A DNA stretch of 39,559 nucleotides from Gammaproteobacteria bacterium (GTDB lineage Bacteria > Pseudomonadota > Gammaproteobacteria > Pseudomonadales > JAHFSE01): contig JAHFSE010000012.1 of assembly GCA_023265895.1 (NCBI GenBank), positions 1 through 39,559 of the forward strand, read 5' to 3'. Positions 33,939 through 39,559 of this stretch are shown here, one piece after another (the first letter of the stretch is position 1; each line of letters opens with the position of its first letter). Both the position numbers and the translations under genes were made by a program. The notes beneath the pieces were generated by a model. That model saw only the letters and a program-made list of their open reading frames with translations. It searched no databases and was not told where the DNA came from.

Positions 33939-35375
33939 TTACAGCAAAGAATTTTCATAATCTACTGTCTGGCTATAATAACGATTCCCTGTATTCATAA
34001 CACGAATAATCTGCGTATGGTGAGCAAGGCTCTGCAACGCTAAAGATTGCGTTAAACCTGTTGTTTGATCACGCCATTCTATTTTATGAGCGCCCGGTTC
34101 TACTAAAAAACTCGCCAGATGGACAGTATTTGGCAAGCTTAACCAGGTACGTAGATCCGCCTGCTCAGAAACAATGCCGTACATACTTGAGAGCGCCAAT
34201 CCGATATCACCGCCTCGCTGTTGTGCTTGTGTATTCAATTCATACTTAACCGCAACGCGCAATAACTGACGAATCATTCGCGATTTAGCTTGCTCTTGGA
34301 GAGATTTTATCGCTAATCCATAAACATCCAGCAAAGGTTGGCTGATACTCTCTGGATGTCCGTCCACTTGAACAGATAGACCCATCTGTTTCGCCCAGGG
34401 TTTCCGATAAGTTGGCAATTCCATCGATTGAACCTGCTGATTCCATGCCACAGTGATGCGCTTAGATTCTAATTCTGGAATCCAACCTTGTTCATAAATA
34501 ACAATAATTTCACTCGATGCTTTTTTAGCAGTTGTTACTTTTGCTGGTTTAGACATCAAAGCAGTCACTTGTGATTGCAAACCTAATTTATTCGCCACTC
34601 GCCAAGTTCGCTTTTGTATGAACAAATTCGTTGAATTTAATGCCAATGCTTTTTTGTATTCAATCAAAGCATCATTCCATTGCTGTTTTAATTCAAAAAT
34701 AAATCCATTCATAAAATTAGCATAGGCATTTGAAAAAGAATAAATAGGCAAAGCAATATTTTCTGCAGCAATCCATTGCGCATCGACAGCTTGATCTAAT
34801 ATTTTTGGATCCAGCGACAAACGATTGACTTGTTTTTCAATATATTTGCGCGCCGCTTCATTTTGATTAACTGCTTGCTGATATCCATAGGCTTCCTGCC
34901 TCGCCTCTACAGAAGCGTCATCTAATTGATGTAATTGCAAATAATTCCAAGCTTGAAATGTATGCAAAAAACTTTTTTGATAAGCGGGCAACATATAATC
35001 ACGTGCCTTATCATTGATTGCTAAAGCAAGTCCTTGTTGACTTAAATCACTAACATCAACAAGAGGACCAGCATCTGTTTGATCAATAGAGCCTCGCACA
35101 TGCATCCAGTACTGTTGACTGGCTGATATCTGACCCTGAATTTGAGCAATACGACCTGCTTCTACGTAATACAATAACTCATGAGGAAAATAGCGATTAA
35201 AAGGCGATAAAGCGACATCCGCAGCGAGCGGATTTTCAGTATCTAACTGTTGTAAAGCCGGTCGTACCAAATCCCCGTAAGGAAGAAAAATAATACCTAC
35301 ACTACTGCAACTCGACAACAGAGCGATTAAAATAATTAAACCAACCATCTTTAGTAATGTCTGCTGATGTAACAT
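33939..35375 (-). CDS. Conserved helical/TPR-like lipoprotein of the LpoB-YcfL neighbourhood (COG3014-like)
   Basis: The lipobox is IALLSSC. The protein looks largely helical. The family assignment is from memory of gene neighbourhoods only. ATG 35375 is preferred to the track's TTG at 35405, which would overlap tgpA. Confidence 0.4.
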   Translation of the reverse strand: MLHQQTLLKMVGLIILIALLSSCSSVGIIFLPYGDLVRPALQQLDTENPLAADVALSPFNRYFPHELLYYVEAGRIAQIQGQISASQQYWMHVRGSIDQTDAGPLVDVSDLSQQGLALAINDKARDYMLPAYQKSFLHTFQAWNYLQLHQLDDASVEARQEAYGYQQAVNQNEAARKYIEKQVNRLSLDPKILDQAVDAQWIAAENIALPIYSFSNAYANFMNGFIFELKQQWNDALIEYKKALALNSTNLFIQKRTWRVANKLGLQSQVTALMSKPAKVTTAKKASSEIIVIYEQGWIPELESKRITVAWNQQVQSMELPTYRKPWAKQMGLSVQVDGHPESISQPLLDVYGLAIKSLQEQAKSRMIRQLLRVAVKYELNTQAQQRGGDIGLALSSMYGIVSEQADLRTWLSLPNTVHLASFLVEPGAHKIEWRDQTTGLTQSLALQSLAHHTQIIRVMNTGNRYYSQTVDYENSLL

Positions 35376-35385
35376 GCTTATTTTC

Positions 35386-37416
35386 TCATTGTTTTTTGGA
35401 TGCAATTTTCTGTGCTAATTGACGAATTTTTTCTGCCGCCATACGTCGATGATGGAGATCGACGGCTTGATACTGATGCTTTTGATACCATCGAGTGATG
35501 CGAACAGCTGTCATATAATGATCTGGGCATAGTAATCGAATTCTCTGGCAAAATTGTTCCGGTGTTTCACCAACAAAGCGTGTAACATCTAAGCGATGCA
35601 TCCGCTGACAAAAATATAAATAGGCTTGATCTAAAATATCCTTTTTAACGCTGGGCTGTCGACGAAATAAATAACTCGCTATCAGCAAAGTGATTACGCC
35701 TAACAATCCCATCATCCAAAGTACTTGATCATATAAATGCGCTAAATGTAAACGCTGAGTCAAAAAATTTGCTTGATGAACTCTATCGTATTTCACCACA
35801 TGGCGAGTCCAAGCATAATTGATATAGTCCAAAGATAAACGAATGGATTTCACCATCGGCTGATGCCAATAACGCCGAATATTCAGCAATCCTGTATTAG
35901 CCATCGCTTGTTGACTTGACAATACCTCTTCAGCGCCGCGGGTAATACGTTCTGGCATCACAGAGGAGGTGGGATCGATACGGACCCAACCTTGCTGCGC
36001 CCCTAACCAAGCCTCAACCCAAGCATGAGCATCATATTGATGGACTAAAATATAACGCCCTAATGGATTTAATTCTCCTCCTTGATACCCTACAACCATT
36101 CGCGCAGGAATATGCGCTGCACGCAACAAATAGGTTAAAGCACTGGCATAATGCGCGCAGAATCCTGCTTTTTTATCGAATAGAAAGCCATCAATGACAT
36201 TGTTAGATAATTGATCTGGCTGTAGCGTATAAACAAATCCACTGGTTTTAAACCAATGTAAAATATGTTGTATATACTGATAGACATCCCCATTGACTGA
36301 TTGCATCCATTGCTGAGCTAACGCACGAGATTTTTCATTACCTTGCTGCGGCAGTTGTAAATATCGATCCTGCATCCAAGCATCTAACTGTAAATCTAAT
36401 CGATAATTTAAGAATGAAACGAGCTGATATTTAAACGCACTATCGATGGTATTTTGCGTCACCAAATGAAAAGATCGAGTAATACCAATATGAGGTGTTT
36501 TAGGAAAAGAAAGATCTAAACCAACTAAGTAATGATTTTGAGTGGGCTCTAAAATAATAGAATAATAGAGTGGCGTATTTTTAGGATTACTTAAAATTTG
36601 ATTTAATACCGGCTCAGATTGCCATAAAACACCCGTCTGACCAATGAGGTTGGTATCCATTGACCAAGTACGGCCATCAAACTGTGATAAAACGATAGAA
36701 CGCCAATAGAGCTGTTGGATATTAGGGATCTTATCGTCAAACTGCGCTCGAAAAGCCAATGCGTTAGACAAACTTAATTCAGACACATCACCCGGCGTCA
36801 TAGAATCGGCAATACCCGATCGTGCAGTTTCAGTAGGTGCTTGCAGCGTTAAAAACGGCGCAATCCTTGGAAAAAAAACAAATAGAACGATCATTAAAGG
36901 TAGGCTTTGCAGCAGCATTAACACAGCTACTTTCCATGCACGACGTTTAGGTTTTTTAACACCACCCTGGCTCAGGCTTACCAATACACCTGTCAGCATT
37001 AACACGCAGAAAAAAGCATAAAAAAAACTGAATAAATCAGTGCGATAAAGAAATTGTGCGGCGATAATAAAATAACCTAACAGAACGATGACATAGGCGT
37101 CTCGTTCATGCTGCATTTCCAGTAATTTAAATGAGAAAGCTAAAATTAATAGGTTAATACTAATAGGCAAGCCAATTTTTTGATCATCACCTAACCAGAT
37201 GACAATTATTCCAATAATCAGCAGAAAAGTTTTCCAAAAAGTATTCGGAAATCGCCACAGCTCATTAAAAACCATCACCCGCCAAAAGATACATAAAGCC
37301 ACAATCGCCAATAACCAATGAGGTACTCGACCCACATAAGGTAAAACGACGACGACGTGGGCAAGCAATAATCCCACTAAACTAAGGCGAGGAATTTGAT
37401 CAATCGCTACGCTCAT
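35386..37416 (-). CDS. tgpA: Transglutaminase-domain inner-membrane protein TgpA
   Basis: There are several N-terminal TM helices. The transglutaminase core is GFCAHYASALTYLLRAAHIPARMVVGYQGG ... VHQYDAHAWVEAW (Cys-His-Asp). A C-terminal TM helix is present. The gene follows DUF58 and MoxR. Confidence 0.8.
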   Translation of the reverse strand: MSVAIDQIPRLSLVGLLLAHVVVVLPYVGRVPHWLLAIVALCIFWRVMVFNELWRFPNTFWKTFLLIIGIIVIWLGDDQKIGLPISINLLILAFSFKLLEMQHERDAYVIVLLGYFIIAAQFLYRTDLFSFFYAFFCVLMLTGVLVSLSQGGVKKPKRRAWKVAVLMLLQSLPLMIVLFVFFPRIAPFLTLQAPTETARSGIADSMTPGDVSELSLSNALAFRAQFDDKIPNIQQLYWRSIVLSQFDGRTWSMDTNLIGQTGVLWQSEPVLNQILSNPKNTPLYYSIILEPTQNHYLVGLDLSFPKTPHIGITRSFHLVTQNTIDSAFKYQLVSFLNYRLDLQLDAWMQDRYLQLPQQGNEKSRALAQQWMQSVNGDVYQYIQHILHWFKTSGFVYTLQPDQLSNNVIDGFLFDKKAGFCAHYASALTYLLRAAHIPARMVVGYQGGELNPLGRYILVHQYDAHAWVEAWLGAQQGWVRIDPTSSVMPERITRGAEEVLSSQQAMANTGLLNIRRYWHQPMVKSIRLSLDYINYAWTRHVVKYDRVHQANFLTQRLHLAHLYDQVLWMMGLLGVITLLIASYLFRRQPSVKKDILDQAYLYFCQRMHRLDVTRFVGETPEQFCQRIRLLCPDHYMTAVRITRWYQKHQYQAVDLHHRRMAAEKIRQLAQKIASKKQ

Positions 37417-38402
37417 GAGAATGCTCGAGCATCATCATAGCGCGCCAAGGCTTCTAAACAACGCTGTTGATGGACAAAACCACAACCTGGCATTTGCTCA
37501 AAACCCGGCAAACGTAAACCCACCGGTTTATTAGCTTGTATCCAATATAAGATCCAATAACATAAAGCAGACAGGCGACGCTCAGTAGCTAAACAGGGAA
37601 AATCCTGCCAGTCTACCCAAATCTCTTCATCCAACGCCTGTACAAAAGTTTTGGTATAAAGTTCATGACTACGCGCTAATACTTTCCAATCAATTTGTTT
37701 TAAAGAGTCGCCAGGCACATAACGTCTTAATCCCGAAAAATCATCTAATCCGGATTGTTGACTCATTTCACGACCTTCACCCATAGCCGCTTTAATAGCT
37801 GGCAATTCTGCATTCACGGGACGAGGATAAATCCAACAGGACATCTCTAAAGATACCCAAGTCCATGCACGCAATAATCCAACGGGATAAGTGGTTTCAA
37901 TTTTCAAACGACCTGGACGATAAATACCCCTACGGTGCGCAGGTAAAAGCAAAGCAACCTTGAAGCACCTCACTTCAATCAGATCTACACGCTCTTGAAT
38001 ATTGCGATCCCATATCAATTGAATGGACTCATAAGTCCGCGAACCTTGGCGTGTTAGATTTAAAGAAAATAATGCCGATTGTCCGACAAAACAATTCTGA
38101 ACATGCGCAGCTTCAATGACTAAACCAACAAGATTACGATAGGTATAAAGCATAGAAATCATAAAAAAACTAATCATAAAAAAAGCCAGCGCAAGCATCA
38201 AACTGCTTTGATAATTAATACCTCCTAAAAAAATACCCATCGATAATAAGAGAAAAACCAATCCATGACTGGTTAGGAAAATATAAGTATTTTTTCGAGT
38301 TAAAATGGTTTTTTGACAAGGCAACACGCGACGATCTAACCAGCGGGCAAACCAAGTTTCTATCCAAATTTTAGGCAAATTTCTCACCAAGACTCCTTTC
38401 AA
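37413..38402 (-). CDS. DUF58-domain protein (MoxR-associated, vWA-like)
   Basis: There are two N-terminal TM helices. The motif FSGLRRYVPGDSLKQIDWKVLARSHELYTKTF is typical of DUF58. There is a 4-nt overlap with tgpA. Confidence 0.7.
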   Translation of the reverse strand: MKGVLVRNLPKIWIETWFARWLDRRVLPCQKTILTRKNTYIFLTSHGLVFLLLSMGIFLGGINYQSSLMLALAFFMISFFMISMLYTYRNLVGLVIEAAHVQNCFVGQSALFSLNLTRQGSRTYESIQLIWDRNIQERVDLIEVRCFKVALLLPAHRRGIYRPGRLKIETTYPVGLLRAWTWVSLEMSCWIYPRPVNAELPAIKAAMGEGREMSQQSGLDDFSGLRRYVPGDSLKQIDWKVLARSHELYTKTFVQALDEEIWVDWQDFPCLATERRLSALCYWILYWIQANKPVGLRLPGFEQMPGCGFVHQQRCLEALARYDDARAFS

Positions 38403-38412
38403 ATCATCGATG

Positions 38413-39336
38413 CTATGAACTCATCACATCAATTTCTCGCAAAATATTTCCCGTTACATTTAAATATTCTTGACCTGCATGACCCAATTGACTGGTAAGT
38501 CGATGCTCAATCACCACAGCCAAAACAATTTGTATATCTTCAGGAATAATATGATCTCGGCTATGCATGAAAGCCCAAGATTGTGCTGCCCTCACCAAAC
38601 TTAAAGTGGCTCTTGGTGAAAGGCCACAAGCAATACGTTCAGAAGTACGAGTGTAATGCACGATACGCTGCACATAATCCAACATCGCATCAGAAATAAA
38701 AATTTTTGGTACCTGAAGTTGTAATTTCAAAATATCCTCTGAACACATAACAGGATTAATTTCAGCTAACAAAGCACGACGATCTTTGCCTCGCACAATT
38801 TCTCGTTCTGCAGCTGGATCTGGATAGCCCAAACTAATACGCATTAAAAAACGATCCATTTGTGCTTCTGGTAAAGAAAAAGTGCCTAAATGTGTACTAG
38901 GATTTTGAGTCGCTAAAACAAAAAACGGTTTCGGTAACAGATGAGTCTCTCCATCAATGGTGACTTGACGCTCTTCCATCGCTTCTAATAACGCACCTTG
39001 AGTTCGGGGTGTTGCGCGATTAATTTCATCGGCTAATACAATCTGAGAAAAAATAGGCCCTGAACGAAAAGCAAATTGACCGGTTTGTTTATCATATAGG
39101 GTGATACCCGTAATATCTGCTGGCAATAAATCGCTGGTAAATTGAATACGCTGAAACTTTAACCCTAATACGCAAGCTAATGCATGGGCTAAAGTCGTTT
39201 TTCCCATACCAGGCAAGTCTTCAATCAGCAAATGCCCTCGCGCTAACAAACAAGCAATGGCCAATTTCACTTGCTGATCTTTACCTAAAATAATACGATT
39301 CATCTGATCTAAGGCACGTTGAACAAGTGATTGCAT
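38413..39336 (-). CDS. MoxR-family AAA+ ATPase
   Basis: Walker A is LPGMGKTT. Walker B and sensor are IVLADEINRATPRTQGALLEAMEERQVTIDG. FVLATQNP and SPRATLSL are also present. Confidence 0.9.
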   Translation of the reverse strand: MQSLVQRALDQMNRIILGKDQQVKLAIACLLARGHLLIEDLPGMGKTTLAHALACVLGLKFQRIQFTSDLLPADITGITLYDKQTGQFAFRSGPIFSQIVLADEINRATPRTQGALLEAMEERQVTIDGETHLLPKPFFVLATQNPSTHLGTFSLPEAQMDRFLMRISLGYPDPAAEREIVRGKDRRALLAEINPVMCSEDILKLQLQVPKIFISDAMLDYVQRIVHYTRTSERIACGLSPRATLSLVRAAQSWAFMHSRDHIIPEDIQIVLAVVIEHRLTSQLGHAGQEYLNVTGNILREIDVMSS

Positions 39337-39457
39337 AAAGATTCCTTAAGCTAGGATGCTGAAATCCAGCAAAATTGAGCTGCAAAATAATCACTTTAGA
39401 TTAGTGTAGTAATACGTACCTCGCGAATTAAATCTAACAAGGTAATCATATAAAACG

Positions 39458-39559
39458 ATGAGTCAATCCTCAAAAACGTTTAAGAATTTTGCTGAATTTT
39501 GGTCATTTTATCTGCAAGCACACAGCAATCGCTGGAATAGAATTTGCCATCTTTTAGGT
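39458..39559 (+). CDS. N-terminal 34 codons of a DUF962 (Mpo1/YGL010w-like) membrane protein, truncated by the window edge
   Basis: Own translation from ATG 39458 gives MSQSSKTFKNFAEFWSFYLQAHSNRWNRICHLLG. FAEFWxFYLxxHxNxxNRxxH is the characteristic DUF962 N-terminus. The gene is absent from the ORF track because there is no stop in the window. Confidence 0.5.
   Translation, partial: MSQSSKTFKNFAEFWSFYLQAHSNRWNRICHLLG

Noticed and set aside
1-39559. A scan for mobile elements, prophage genes, toxin-antitoxin pairs, restriction or defence systems, CRISPR arrays and tRNA/rRNA genes.
   Set aside because: I saw no integrase, transposase, terminal inverted repeats, cloverleaf-like intergenic sequences or defence-type domains. 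Intergenic regions are short. The longest are about 230 nt before infA, 277 nt between flgB and flgA, and 172 nt before pilZ, and they look like promoter regions.

Overview
This is an AT-rich proteobacterial chromosomal window. Its gene content resembles a gammaproteobacterium, possibly Legionellales-like, but the taxon cannot be fixed from sequence alone. About 90% is coding and most genes lie on the minus strand.

Contents from left to right:
1. A minus-strand ORF of more than 1000 codons (nt 1-3018) is absent from the ORF track because it has no stop inside the window. It encodes a signal peptide, a LamG-like domain, thrombospondin type-3 Ca-binding repeats and a C-terminal-sorting-tag-like segment. 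The frame then continues into a second signal-like segment and an OmpA-type beta-barrel.
2. A GT2 / LAB_N / ArnT-like lipid-linked glycosylation trio.
3. infA.
4. An orphan 2-oxoacid dehydrogenase E2 gene, 16 nt downstream of a Maf-type flagellin glycosyltransferase gene.
5. A contiguous flagellar block. The minus strand carries maf, fliD, flaG, fliC, a fliT-like gene, fliS and flgL-K-J-I-H-G-F-E-D-C-B. The plus strand carries the divergent flgA-flgM-flgN. I could read sigma28-type promoters upstream of fliC and flgM, and sigma54-type promoters in the flgB/flgA divergent region.
6. Salvage, peptidoglycan-recycling and housekeeping genes: MTA phosphorylase, hpt, nagZ, a signal-less YkuD protein, ACBP, fpr and pilZ.
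7. A run of four lipoprotein genes: a tetraheme c554-like cytochrome with a degenerate phosphoesterase-like N-domain, an LpoB-like gene, ycfL and a COG3014-like gene. It directly abuts MoxR-DUF58-TgpA.
8. The first 34 codons of a DUF962-like gene at the right edge.

I saw no tRNA or rRNA genes, CRISPR arrays, IS elements, prophage genes or recognisable defence genes.

Nothing here is demonstrably a new system. The most unusual items are:
- the read-through sorting-tag/OMP fusion at nt 541-700;
- the tetraheme lipoprotein embedded in the LpoB/YcfL operon;
- the maf plus orphan-E2 tail of the filament operon;
- an 18-bp in-frame Pro/Thr-rich tandem repeat inside flgK.

All family calls come from motif recognition by eye, not from database searches.
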